From: an uncultured bacterium
Lineage (GTDB): Bacteria > Patescibacteriota > Minisyncoccia > Phycocordibacterales > DATDWN01
Length of the DNA stretch: 62,737 nucleotides
NCBI GenBank assembly: GCA_963727715.1
Contig: CAVSGX010000008.1
Location: forward strand, 1-62,737
Reading direction: 5' to 3'
Part shown: positions 19,563 to 28,213 of the stretch, piece after piece
Layout of the letters: the number at the start of each line of letters is the position of its first letter
Position numbering within the stretch: position 1 is the first letter of the stretch
Translations under genes and position numbers: made by a program
Notes under the pieces: model-generated
The model's input: only the letters and a program-made list of their open reading frames with translations
Database searches by the model: none
What the model was told of the DNA's origin: nothing

Positions 19563-20291
19563 TTACTTTTTAGGTAAACGTTTGAACTCCACGTATTCGC
19601 GTACCGGAGCATTGCGGATTATGTCTATGATTTGGTCCTCGTCATCGGTAATGGTGTAGAGGGAAACATCCTCGGCATCAATAAGATTTCTGCTGAGAAT
19701 CTCTTTCTTTAGAAAATTGTCCAGATTGTTCCAGTATTCCGCTCCGACCAAAATAATGGGTAATTTTTCGATCTTGCCGGTTTGGACCAAAGTCAATATT
19801 TCAAAAATTTCATCCAATGTGCCAAAACCTCCCGGGAAAAAGACAAAGGCTTCCGCCGAAAAAGTCATACAAACTTTGCGGACGAAAAAATAATAAAAAT
19901 CCAAATGACCGGTCAGATATGGGTTAGTTGATTGTTGGGTCGGTAGTTCAATGGTCAAGCCAAAAGACTGACCACCAGCCTCAAAAGCCCCGCGATTGGC
20001 TCCTTCCATAGCCCCCGGACCACCTCCGGTGAAAATAGAGTAGCCGAGCTCTTTGGCTATGCGCGCGCCGATAGAACGAGCTTTTTGGTAATAGAGATCA
20101 TCTTCCTTGAAACGAGCGCTTCCGAAAAAAGTAACGGACTTGGAATAATCTTTTATAAAATTGAAACCGTTTCTGAATTCTTTGCTGATGAGTTCTATAC
20201 GAGCGTTGGAAGCTCCACGCATTTCCTTGCTGGAAATAGGCACAATCGGCAACTGTTTGGCCGGCAGGTTTATAATCGGTTTGTCTGTCAT
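19563..20291 (-). CDS. LOG family (TIGR00730) nucleotide phosphoribohydrolase-like protein
   Basis: 242 aa; GGGPGAMEGANRGA and PGGFGTLDEIFE signature motifs. Confidence 0.85.
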   Translation of the reverse strand: MTDKPIINLPAKQLPIVPISSKEMRGASNARIELISKEFRNGFNFIKDYSKSVTFFGSARFKEDDLYYQKARSIGARIAKELGYSIFTGGGPGAMEGANRGAFEAGGQSFGLTIELPTQQSTNPYLTGHLDFYYFFVRKVCMTFSAEAFVFFPGGFGTLDEIFEILTLVQTGKIEKLPIILVGAEYWNNLDNFLKKEILSRNLIDAEDVSLYTITDDEDQIIDIIRNAPVREYVEFKRLPKK

Positions 20292-20494
20292 GATGTTTTA
20301 ATGTTATTTTTAATTTCTTTGAACTGGTTTTCAATCTGTGACAATCTCTCCCGTGAAGCTTTGACCAACTCAGCACCCTCTTTCACCAATTCCAAACCTT
20401 TTTCCACGTCAAGCTCGGATTGCGACTCAAACCAAGAGACGATTTCCTTTAATCTTTTTAAATTGTCGTTTAAATTCGCAGTTGTTTTTTTCAT
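20288..20494 (-). CDS. xseB: exodeoxyribonuclease VII small subunit
   Basis: 68 aa; helical hairpin with LKRLKEIVSWFE..DVEKGLELVKEG; overlaps and follows xseA. Confidence 0.85.
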   Translation of the reverse strand: MKKTTANLNDNLKRLKEIVSWFESQSELDVEKGLELVKEGAELVKASRERLSQIENQFKEIKNNIKTS

Positions 20495-20508
20495 ACAAAT
20501 TATTCAAA

Positions 20509-21744
20509 TTAATTTACTGTAGACTTTATATTACCATCTGAAATGAGAATATCAAGCTCGTCGCCGGCTGTGACATTTTTTTTACTGCGAATGATTTTGC
20601 CGGCTCGCCTGACGATGCTGTATCCGCGAGCCAGCTGTCTTTCCGGACTGGCCAGTTTCAAAGTTTTTTCCATTTGCTTTATTTTGTCATCCAAGTGAGC
20701 CGACAGATTTTCAAACCCGCGCAAAATATTTTTTGAAGATTGTAAAATAATTTCCGATAAATGACTGATTTTTGATTCTATCTGAATGAGAGAACTGGTC
20801 AGCGTGGCTTCGGCTCGGCGAAATGTTTCAAATAATCCGGAAAAGCGTTTTTCGATTATGTCTCTGGATTTTTCCAGTACAAAATAATCCACTCTCAAAC
20901 CGGTTTCAAAACCGGACAAAATTTTTTCTTCGGATAAATCAATGATCGCTCCGGCCGAAAGAAAACTCTGGTTTAGGAGATGAGCCACCGCCGTCGGCGT
21001 AGAAACATTTTGATCAGAAACCAGAGCGCAGAGAGGCACATCTTTGTCGTGACCTATGCCGGTCAGTGTCGGCGCGTTGAATTTTGCCAGGGCACGAACG
21101 ACTTCCTCATTATTAAAAGCCTGAAAAGATTCCAGCGACCCGCCACCGCGCATCAAAACCAAAACATCCAGTTTTTCACGATAAAGTGTCCTCAAAGCGG
21201 AAAGTAAATCTCGCACAGCGTCCTGTCCTTCCACTTTTGAATCAACAAACAAAATCTGATAGCCAAATTCTCCGATGTTAGAAAGAAAATCATTTAAAAC
21301 CGCGCCGTTTTTGGATGTGATGACGCCGATTTTGCGCGGAAAATCCGGCAGAGTTTTTTTATGTGCTTCGTCAAAAAGTCCTTCAGTGAACAATTTGGCT
21401 TTCAATTTTTCGTAAGCGATTTGAAGCGCCCCTTCGCCAACAAGTTCAATCGTCTCAACTTGCAATGTCATACCACCGTTCGGTTTGTAAATGTTCGGAT
21501 AAGCCGTGACAATGATTTCTAAACCATCGGCAAGCGTTACACCGGAAATACGGTAATCGTTTTTCCACATAAAACATTTCACAGTTGAACCGTCTTTTTT
21601 GTCCTTCAAAGAAAAATACAAATAGCTCCGGCCCGGATATTCCTGCGCACCGGAAACCTCGCCAAGCACTTTGGCTTTTTCCTCCTTGAGCGCGCCATTG
21701 AGCCTGTCCAGATATTCGCTGACAGAAAAAATTTCATCTTTCAT
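20509..21744 (-). CDS. xseA: exodeoxyribonuclease VII large subunit
   Basis: 411 aa; N-terminal OB fold, catalytic region (GVITSKNGAVLNDF, RGGGSLE), C-terminal coiled coil. Confidence 0.9.
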   Translation of the reverse strand: MKDEIFSVSEYLDRLNGALKEEKAKVLGEVSGAQEYPGRSYLYFSLKDKKDGSTVKCFMWKNDYRISGVTLADGLEIIVTAYPNIYKPNGGMTLQVETIELVGEGALQIAYEKLKAKLFTEGLFDEAHKKTLPDFPRKIGVITSKNGAVLNDFLSNIGEFGYQILFVDSKVEGQDAVRDLLSALRTLYREKLDVLVLMRGGGSLESFQAFNNEEVVRALAKFNAPTLTGIGHDKDVPLCALVSDQNVSTPTAVAHLLNQSFLSAGAIIDLSEEKILSGFETGLRVDYFVLEKSRDIIEKRFSGLFETFRRAEATLTSSLIQIESKISHLSEIILQSSKNILRGFENLSAHLDDKIKQMEKTLKLASPERQLARGYSIVRRAGKIIRSKKNVTAGDELDILISDGNIKSTVN

Positions 21745-21780
21745 ACCAGAATTATACTTAAAAAAACATTGTACTGATAC

Positions 21781-21809
21781 TTGACATCCATAGATCTTCC
21801 GAGTAGTGT
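21781..21809 (+). promoter_or_regulatory. sigma70-like promoter
   Basis: TTGACA, 17-nt spacer, TAGTGT; AAGGAG Shine-Dalgarno at 21815..21820 before the ATG at 21830. Confidence 0.5.
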
Positions 21810-21829
21810 TTTAAAAGGAGAAATCACTA

Positions 21830-22036
21830 ATGTTCACACTAGATACTGATAGTGGGAAAAGATACGGCAGATTCAGAACAGAAGAAGATGCGATTAAATT
21901 TTTGTTAGAGAAAAAATATATTAAAGTAACAACACTTTGGGTAAGACCAACTCGTGGAAGTGTAAATTTTAGAGTAGCAAAAATTGTACCTTTGTCTGGA
22001 GGACCAAAGCCACTGAAAAGATCTTTGCTCAAATAA
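21830..22036 (+). CDS. hypothetical small basic protein
   Basis: 68 aa with a good promoter, SD and downstream terminator. Confidence 0.55.
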   Translation: MFTLDTDSGKRYGRFRTEEDAIKFLLEKKYIKVTTLWVRPTRGSVNFRVAKIVPLSGGPKPLKRSLLK

Positions 22037-22050
22037 TTTGTCGGCATCAT

Positions 22051-22079
22051 ACCTAGGACAACCTAGGTTTTTTCTTTTT
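22051..22079 (+). terminator. rho-independent terminator
   Basis: CCTAGG-ACAA-CCTAGG then TTTTTTCTTTTT. Confidence 0.65.
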
Positions 22080-22100
22080 CACCACATCCAACTTTTTGAA

Positions 22101-22315
22101 AAGATTCGGTAATTATGATTTCAGAGACTGCGGAGGCAATTAAAAAAACAACGACGAAGGCGGAGTTGGCGCGAAGCAGTGTTTGACGAGCGGTACTCCG
22201 CGAGGAGTTTGCGAAAGCGCCACGAGTCGAGGAAGATTGTTTTCTTGATTGCCGAGCGAGAGCAAAAGTCCAGCAGGACTTTATGCGTGCTCTGAAATCA
22301 TAATTACTGAATCTT
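22101..22315 (+). repeat. structured intergenic element, copy A (long subtype)
   Basis: 26-bp arms 22101..22126 and 22290..22315 (one G-T pair) enclose a core that is near-identical to 60149..60299 and homologous to 40665..40879 (reverse strand). Confidence 0.9.
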
Positions 22316-22324
22316 GAAATTCTT

Positions 22325-22939
22325 TCATCTTTTCCCATCACAAGTAGAAGTTGCCCACAAGCCGAGACCGACTGATTGCGCGGATTTTTGGTCGGTACGA
22401 AATTTGATTTGATATTTGTACGACAGGCCGAAATATGTGTATTCGTAAGCAAAACCTTCTTTGACTAAATATTCGTCCACAAAAAGTCCGTCATCGCGAA
22501 AAACATAACGCAAAAGCCGGCCGTATTTATCGCGATCAGATTGAGTTGGATCGCTTTGCAAAGTAACTTCTCGTCCGTCCAAAAGCGATTTGGTTTCGTT
22601 TGACGCTTCAACGCCGAAACATTGCACCGGCTTGCGCGGATCAACCGTTTCCGGTGTATCCATACCAAGCAAGCGAATTGTTTCTTCCCTTCCGTCCATC
22701 AAAACAACAATGGTGTCTCCGTCTATCACACGCGAAACAGGAAAAAGTTGTTGATTTTGATTTATTGTCTCTGTTGTGGTTGCTGAAATTATTGTCGGAG
22801 TTACAATTGTCGTTGATTTTATTTGTCCACTTATAGGCGGATGATTTTTATTTTCAAACTCGGCGTTTATGTACAACCAGCAACAAAAAATCAAAAGTAA
22901 AACTAAAAAAATTAGGAAAAAATTTTTCTTAAAATCCAT
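22325..22939 (-). CDS. secreted thermonuclease (staphylococcal nuclease, SNase-like)
   Basis: 204 aa; signal anchor; VIDGDTIVV...RLLGMDTPE...YGRLLRYV SNase motifs. Confidence 0.85.
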   Translation of the reverse strand: MDFKKNFFLIFLVLLLIFCCWLYINAEFENKNHPPISGQIKSTTIVTPTIISATTTETINQNQQLFPVSRVIDGDTIVVLMDGREETIRLLGMDTPETVDPRKPVQCFGVEASNETKSLLDGREVTLQSDPTQSDRDKYGRLLRYVFRDDGLFVDEYLVKEGFAYEYTYFGLSYKYQIKFRTDQKSAQSVGLGLWATSTCDGKR

Positions 22940-22960
22940 ATTTTAAAAACCTTGTCAATT

Positions 22961-23587
22961 TTAATGCTGGTGTTTATTTTTTAAATATTCAAAAACAGTC
23001 GGCAGAAATGAAATAAAAATTATGGTAACAATGATTGGTGTCAGGTAGGCATCGGCTTTCGGCAAAATATGGCCAAGATAAAATCCAACCAAAGTCATAC
23101 CGGCAGACCAAAAGACTCCGCCGATCAAAGTGTAAGTTAAAAATCGCCGAAATGTCAGATCGGCCACACCGGCCAAAGCCGGACCGAAACTGCGCACTAT
23201 CGGTACAAAACGGCCGATGATTATGGTTTTACCACCGTATTTTTCAAAAAATTTATGAGTGTAAACAACATATTTCGGGTTGAAAATTTTTGATTTTTCG
23301 TCAGTGAAAAACTTTCTGATGATTTTCTGGCCGAAAAAATAACTGAATATGTAACCAGCCGTGCCAGCCAAAAAAAATGTCAAAATCAAAGCCGGCAATG
23401 AGAAAATCCCCTGCGAAGCCAGGAAGCCGGTGGCAAAAAGCAGAGAGTCGCCTGGGAAAAAGAAAGTCAATGGAAAAGATTCAAAAAAAACAACGGCAAA
23501 AAGACCGAGATAACCGAATTGAACTACAAAAGAAATTAGTTGTTGCATGATTGGTTGATTAAATTTTTTAAAATCCGGTGAAGACAA
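22961..23587 (-). CDS. DedA family membrane protein
   Basis: 208 aa; FPGDSLLFATGFLA and GRFVPIVRSF motifs. Confidence 0.85.
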   Translation of the reverse strand: MSSPDFKKFNQPIMQQLISFVVQFGYLGLFAVVFFESFPLTFFFPGDSLLFATGFLASQGIFSLPALILTFFLAGTAGYIFSYFFGQKIIRKFFTDEKSKIFNPKYVVYTHKFFEKYGGKTIIIGRFVPIVRSFGPALAGVADLTFRRFLTYTLIGGVFWSAGMTLVGFYLGHILPKADAYLTPIIVTIIFISFLPTVFEYLKNKHQH

Positions 23588-23608
23588 AAGATTTTAAAAA
23601 AATTACAC

Positions 23609-24325
23609 TTACTTATACTTTTTTGAAATAATATCAGACAAATCTGATTTAGCAATGGCAAACTCCGGCATACCGATAACATACGGACCGACTTGATATT
23701 GTCCAAAAATAAATATGATATTTTGGTCCGTTAAATACCAAGTTGAAAAATTCGTTGTTGTGGCTTCTGTCCCCGGATCAATCATTTCCGGATTGGCATA
23801 ATCGCCAAGGGTGTTGTAAAAATATGTTCGTGACATTTTAGCGATTTTTTCTAGATACGGCGCGCTGAAAATATCATCCAATGTTACAAGTTTGCCAGAT
23901 TTGTCATAAGTAAATGTGGCCACACTGGTATTGCCATGCGCTCCACCCATAAAAGTATAGGCTTCCAATATGTATGTGATAGTTTGGGTGGAAGTGGCCA
24001 CACGTGTAGTCATGGTTAGATTGTATATTCTATCACCACCCAGGTTCATTATTTTTGCGTCGTCGTTAGAAATATTTTCAGCTTGGCTGAGAAAATCAGC
24101 CACAGTGGAAGTGGCAAAGGTGTAAACTTCTGGATATTGGCTCGTCGAGGATTGTGGGTAGGATAAATCCATCGTGTAATATTTTCCGGCAGATTTTTCC
24201 GTAATCATTTGCGCAGGAATTAAAACCGAAGTCATTGGTTTTTTTGTTTTATTAAAATACAAAAAACCCAAAATAACGATTATCAAAACCAAAATCACCA
24301 ACAATATTTTGTTTATTTTTGACAT
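23609..24325 (-). CDS. DUF3298/DUF4163-like secreted protein
   Basis: About 238 aa counted from the ATG at 24325 (the ORF is open to 24355); N-terminal TM anchor; FMGGAHGN motif typical of DUF3298. Confidence 0.6.
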   Translation of the reverse strand: MSKINKILLVILVLIIVILGFLYFNKTKKPMTSVLIPAQMITEKSAGKYYTMDLSYPQSSTSQYPEVYTFATSTVADFLSQAENISNDDAKIMNLGGDRIYNLTMTTRVATSTQTITYILEAYTFMGGAHGNTSVATFTYDKSGKLVTLDDIFSAPYLEKIAKMSRTYFYNTLGDYANPEMIDPGTEATTTNFSTWYLTDQNIIFIFGQYQVGPYVIGMPEFAIAKSDLSDIISKKYK

Positions 24326-24358
24326 TAGACAAATTGTAGCATAACCCCCGGACAAAAA

Positions 24359-24988
24359 CTATTTCTCAATGAAAACATCGCTTTTATCAAACCGAACTTT
24401 TTTGTTTTTTTGGAAAGAATCGTCTTCAGCCCGAAAACCGACAGCCAGCAAAACTCTAGAAACCAAGCCAAGCTCACCTAGACCGAGAATCTGGTCAAAA
24501 GCTTTTGGATCAAAACCTTCCATTGGTGTAGCATCGATTTGATTTTCAGCCGCCACGGCCAGAGCCACACCGAGAGCGATGTAAACTTGGCGAGTCATCC
24601 ATTCAACTTTTTCGGCTTCCGTTTTTTTGACCAAGTTCATCAGCGAATCTTTATAATTTTTGAGAGATTCAACCGAAACAGATTGCTTTTGAGCAACCGA
24701 GGCAATGTATTTGTCTACATATTTTTCATCTAAGGTGGTTTTGGAACAAAGAACGAAAAGATCCGAGGCATCAGTGATTTGGGCCTGCCCCCAAGCCGCT
24801 GTTTTTAATTTTTCCCGCAACTCCGGATTGGTCACATGAACAAAAATCCATGGTTGCAAGCCAAAAGACGACGGCGAAAGACGCAAAGCCTCCATAATGA
24901 TTTCTTTTTGCTCGTCGGAAAGTTTTTTTGTTTTATCATATTTTTTTGTGGCATATCTCCACAAGAGATCTTTTGTTGTGTTTGACAT
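24359..24988 (-). CDS. NAD(P)H nitroreductase family protein
   Basis: 209 aa; RYATKKYD...LRLSPSSFGLQPW N-terminal signature. Confidence 0.8.
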   Translation of the reverse strand: MSNTTKDLLWRYATKKYDKTKKLSDEQKEIIMEALRLSPSSFGLQPWIFVHVTNPELREKLKTAAWGQAQITDASDLFVLCSKTTLDEKYVDKYIASVAQKQSVSVESLKNYKDSLMNLVKKTEAEKVEWMTRQVYIALGVALAVAAENQIDATPMEGFDPKAFDQILGLGELGLVSRVLLAVGFRAEDDSFQKNKKVRFDKSDVFIEK

Positions 24989-25028
24989 ATTATTTTTTGT
25001 TAACTTTTAAAAAGAGATGGTAATTGTA

Positions 25029-25526
25029 TCACAGAAATTTCTTCTGCAGAAAAACAACTACAATAATCAAAACGACTTGCAACGACCAACCCAAAAGATG
25101 ATTTTCTTTCAGATCGTGTTGGATTTCCAAATGAAATTTTTCAAAACTGATAAATGGTTCGTGTTTGAATTTGAAATAGATAAAATGAAAAGCATCCGGT
25201 ATGACAGCGCCAAAAGCGCCCCAGAATAAAACAGAGTTGTAAAAAAAATTATGAGACATTCCGAAAAACAAAAAAACCAAAATAAAACCGAGTAAAAAAT
25301 CCAATCCAATTTTGAAAAGATCAAAAACAAAATCCCACCCGATTTTCATATCATTGTCAAGAAAATTATTTTCATTTTCTGACAATGAATTCAAATGATA
25401 ATCGTAATGAGGAATGGCGTCCAGTAAAAAATGTGAACAAAAACCCAAGGAAAAAGCCAGGATCGGATGTGTCGGCACAGCCGAAGCCAGAGCGCCACCG
25501 ATAATAGCGTGAGTAGTTAATGTCAT
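25029..25526 (-). CDS. membrane-bound metal-dependent hydrolase, YdjM/DUF457-like
   Basis: 165 aa; THAIIGGALA and HFLLDAIPH motifs; polytopic. Confidence 0.6.
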   Translation of the reverse strand: MTLTTHAIIGGALASAVPTHPILAFSLGFCSHFLLDAIPHYDYHLNSLSENENNFLDNDMKIGWDFVFDLFKIGLDFLLGFILVFLFFGMSHNFFYNSVLFWGAFGAVIPDAFHFIYFKFKHEPFISFEKFHLEIQHDLKENHLLGWSLQVVLIIVVVFLQKKFL

Positions 25527-25532
25527 AAAATG

Positions 25533-26465
25533 TTATTTAATATTAGACAAAATTACACTCTTGAGCGAATTGATTGGCAAAGCAAAACCGATATTGTTTG
25601 AACCTTGGGCTGTGGCCACATTGATGCCGACAGCGTTGCCATTCAAATCCAAAAGCGGGCCACCGGAATTGCCTGGATTGATGGCCGCATCTGTTTGAAT
25701 AATTCCTTTCAGTGTTTCTTCTTGGCCGGTCATCTGGTCAGTGGCTTGAATTGATCTGTTCAAGCCGGAAATTACTCCGACTGAAACAGTGTTGCTGAAT
25801 TGCCCCAAAGCGTTGCCAATGGCCACAACCGACTGCCCTTGAACCAGCGAATCAGAATCGCCAAGCGGAATTGTTGGGTAACCACTGCCACTTATTTTAA
25901 CGATAGCCATATCGTTGGCTGGGTCGCGATAAACCACAGTGCCTGTTTTTTGCGCGCCATTGGCCAACAGGACGGTGTACTGAGCGTTTGTATCGGAAAC
26001 AACGTGTTTGTTGGTCAAAATGTAGCCATTGGACGAAATTAGAAACCCACTACCGGCTCCGACGGTTTGTTCCGAGGATCCATTTTGAGTGTAGACCGGC
26101 ACCTGAATGCCGAAATTTTGAAACATCGGATCGTTGCCGAAAGGGTTGACGTAGGAAATCGAATACTGTGGCACATTTTCGGATATGACAATGGAAACGA
26201 CAGCCGGCGTAGCTTTGGCCACCGCGTCGGTTAGTTGGCTTTGTTTGGACTGGCTGGCCAAAGTCAGACGGCGAATGCTTTCGCTATCGTCGGCTTCATT
26301 CGCGCCGAGAGTTTGCAATTGTTTTTGTAAGGTGACCAGTTCAGTTTGATTTTGCAACAAAGATTTCCGAAAAGTAATATCGCTTTTAATCTGATAGGCC
26401 ACCATTACAAGTAGCGCCAGTATTATAAAAATAACCAATATTTTGTTTTCACTAAAAATTTTCAT
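25533..26465 (-). CDS. HtrA/DegP-family trypsin-like serine protease without a PDZ domain
   Basis: 310 aa; N-terminal TM anchor; catalytic His (LTNKHVV), Asp (DMAIVKI), Ser (GNSGGPLLD). Confidence 0.85.
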   Translation of the reverse strand: MKIFSENKILVIFIILALLVMVAYQIKSDITFRKSLLQNQTELVTLQKQLQTLGANEADDSESIRRLTLASQSKQSQLTDAVAKATPAVVSIVISENVPQYSISYVNPFGNDPMFQNFGIQVPVYTQNGSSEQTVGAGSGFLISSNGYILTNKHVVSDTNAQYTVLLANGAQKTGTVVYRDPANDMAIVKISGSGYPTIPLGDSDSLVQGQSVVAIGNALGQFSNTVSVGVISGLNRSIQATDQMTGQEETLKGIIQTDAAINPGNSGGPLLDLNGNAVGINVATAQGSNNIGFALPINSLKSVILSNIK

Positions 26466-26545
26466 ACATTAAATTTTAATAGGCCGGCAAATTTTTGCAA
26501 GCCTTATTTGTTTTCTTTAATACGAAAAAATTGGAAAAAAAGTTT

Positions 26546-26841
26546 AAAAAGTGAAGCCCCCTACCGGAATCAACCGATCAGGGGGCTCGTGGCATATTGG
26601 GCTGTATCCCAACAGTGTTCTACTCTGCTCTGAGTGAGACAGGTAGTTAATTCATTGAGAAGCACAGTTACCTCAGCCGGTGTCGCTCGTAAGTGACACT
26701 CAATTTAGCAAGATAATGGAATAGGCGACGATGTCAGTCCCTACCCCAAAACCCAGCCGTACACACCGTGGACAGAACGGGAAGTGATCAAACGAGTCTC
26801 CGTGATGGAGGCCCGAAAGGACCACCCTGATCCCGCTATGT
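26546..26841 (-). ncRNA. orphan structured RNA candidate of about 296 nt, class unassigned
   Basis: ORF-free and GC-richer; minus-strand promoter TTGACA (26870..26875) with a 16-nt spacer and TAGCAT (26848..26853); ends in the hairpin AGCCCCCT...AGGGGGCT (26555..26587) plus a T-run; G-U pairs form only on the minus strand. Confidence 0.5.
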
Positions 26842-26904
26842 GGCTATATGCTACTCTCAACCAAAAATCTGTCAAGTTTTGAAAAAATATGGTATATTTT
26901 TTAT

Positions 26905-27348
26905 ATGTCACTCATAACAAACCGCAAAGCCGGATTCAATTACGAAATTTTGGAAAAATACACCGCCGGTGTGGAACTTTTCGGTTTTGAAGTTAAATCT
27001 TTGCAAAAAGGACAGGGTTCTTTGGGCGGAGCACATGTCACAGTCCGCGGTGGTGAGGCTTTCATCATCGGAATGTCAGTTTCCCCTTATCAAACAAACA
27101 ACACGCCGAAAGATTACGACCCGATGCGCAACCGTCGGCTTTTGCTCAACAAAAAAGAAATTTATGAGTTGCAAAAAAGCGAGCAAACCAAAGGCTTGAC
27201 AATTGTCCCTCTTTCGGTGTACAATAAAGGAAGGAAAATCAAGTTGGATATCGCTCTGGTTCGTGGCAAGAAAAAATACGACAAACGTCAAACTCTGAAA
27301 AAGAAGGATGCTATGCGCGATGTCCAGAGGAATTTAAAAGTTCGTTGA
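26905..27348 (+). CDS. smpB: SsrA-binding protein SmpB
   Basis: 147 aa from the ATG at 26905 (the ORF is open from 26848); NRKAGFNYEILEKYTAGVELFGFEVKSL signature. Confidence 0.9.
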   Translation: MSLITNRKAGFNYEILEKYTAGVELFGFEVKSLQKGQGSLGGAHVTVRGGEAFIIGMSVSPYQTNNTPKDYDPMRNRRLLLNKKEIYELQKSEQTKGLTIVPLSVYNKGRKIKLDIALVRGKKKYDKRQTLKKKDAMRDVQRNLKVR

Positions 27349-27377
27349 CACCAAAACCTGACTCGATATTGGTATGC

Positions 27378-27549
27378 AAAATCCTGGCGAAATCATAAGT
27401 TTTTCGGAGCCTTTCGCAGGAGCTTAGAAAACAACAACGCAGGCGTGAGTATACACGCCGAGGAGATTGTTTTCTTGAGCGACGAGAAGTTCGCTGGTTC
27501 ACCAGAGCCAGACAGATTGCTCAGAAAAACTTGTGATGAGATAGGATTT
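27378..27549 (+). repeat. structured intergenic element, copy B (short subtype)
   Basis: Shares GCCTTTCGCA-GAGCT-AGAAAACAAC...GATTGTTTTCTTGAGCGACGAGAAGTTCGCTGG...CAGACAGATTGC with 61872..61990; the locus-specific arms pair (27392..27409 with 27520..27537, plus outer AAATCCT/AGGATTT). Confidence 0.85.
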
Positions 27550-27563
27550 TGTTTCCTAACATC

Positions 27564-27948
27564 GGGGGTGACAGGTTTTGACATAAAATTTGTATTGCCT
27601 CGGGCAAAGCAGAGCTCCGATAACTCTTTAAACTTTCGGAAAAAATAAGTGTAAAAAACTTATCTAGAGCTATCGTTTCTCCGTTCTACGGAATGAACGA
27701 CTTCGCTTTTTCTTACGCTTCGGCTTAAGAAAGGATTGCCTTCCCAACATCCGATAAGGATGGTTAATCCTCATAAAATTCGGATCCGGATGCTAGCCTG
27801 TCTCGTCTAGCATCTTCAAAATAGAGACTCGCTTTTGTGATGTTTTGTTTGCTTTATAGTCACGAAATCTAAAACCCAGAAACAAACTAAGCTTTGTAGA
27901 TTCGTTTCAATCGATTTTATGGATCCGGCTTCGACGCCGGCACTTCCA
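27564..27948 (+). ncRNA. ssrA: tmRNA (transfer-messenger RNA)
   Basis: 5' GGGGGTGACAGGTTTTGAC; 3' T arm CCGGC-TTCGAC-GCCGG then CACTTCC-A; acceptor GGGGGTG/CACTTCC with G3-U70; candidate tag frame ends ...NDFAFSYASA with TAA at 27726..27728; directly downstream of smpB. Confidence 0.8.
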
Positions 27949-28213
27949 CATCGTTGAACTGTTAGCGTACAAATTGGTCAAATATTGTTGTTTATCAACA
28001 CCTTTGTGCGTTTCTAACCTTTCAGAAATAGACTGTGCTTCGAAAGCCGCTTCTTGAATCGCAAGGAGCGGTTTTTCGGCTACAACATTGAACTTTTGGT
28101 CAATTAGCTGGTGTTTATAACCAAGAGAGGAAAGTATGCCACGCTTCTTGCTTGCAGATGTATTCTTATCCGAAAGACACGAGAACATATTATGTTTAAG
28201 GACAGAAAGACTT

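Noticed and set aside
22063-22452. ORFs running across the repeat copies (22063..22452, 27311..27584, 36185..36406, 60128..60320)
   Set aside because: They exist only because the repeat core lacks stops. The translations are Arg/Ser/Ala-rich and differ in frame between copies, and the compensatory changes argue for nucleic-acid structure rather than coding.
26546-26841. Identification of the 296-nt RNA as RNase P RNA, SRP RNA or a second tmRNA
   Set aside because: The universally conserved P4 strands (GGAAAGUCC, ACAGAA..GGCUUA), the SRP domain IV motif and tRNA-like ends are all absent on either strand. There are only loose resemblances such as AAUGAAUUAAC.
26789-27948. Two-piece or permuted tmRNA pairing GGAAGTG (26790) with CACTTCC (27941)
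   Set aside because: The two segments are 1.15 kb apart with smpB in between. A standard one-piece tmRNA with 5' GGGGGTG at 27564 explains the 3' acceptor strand and provides the G3-U70 pair.
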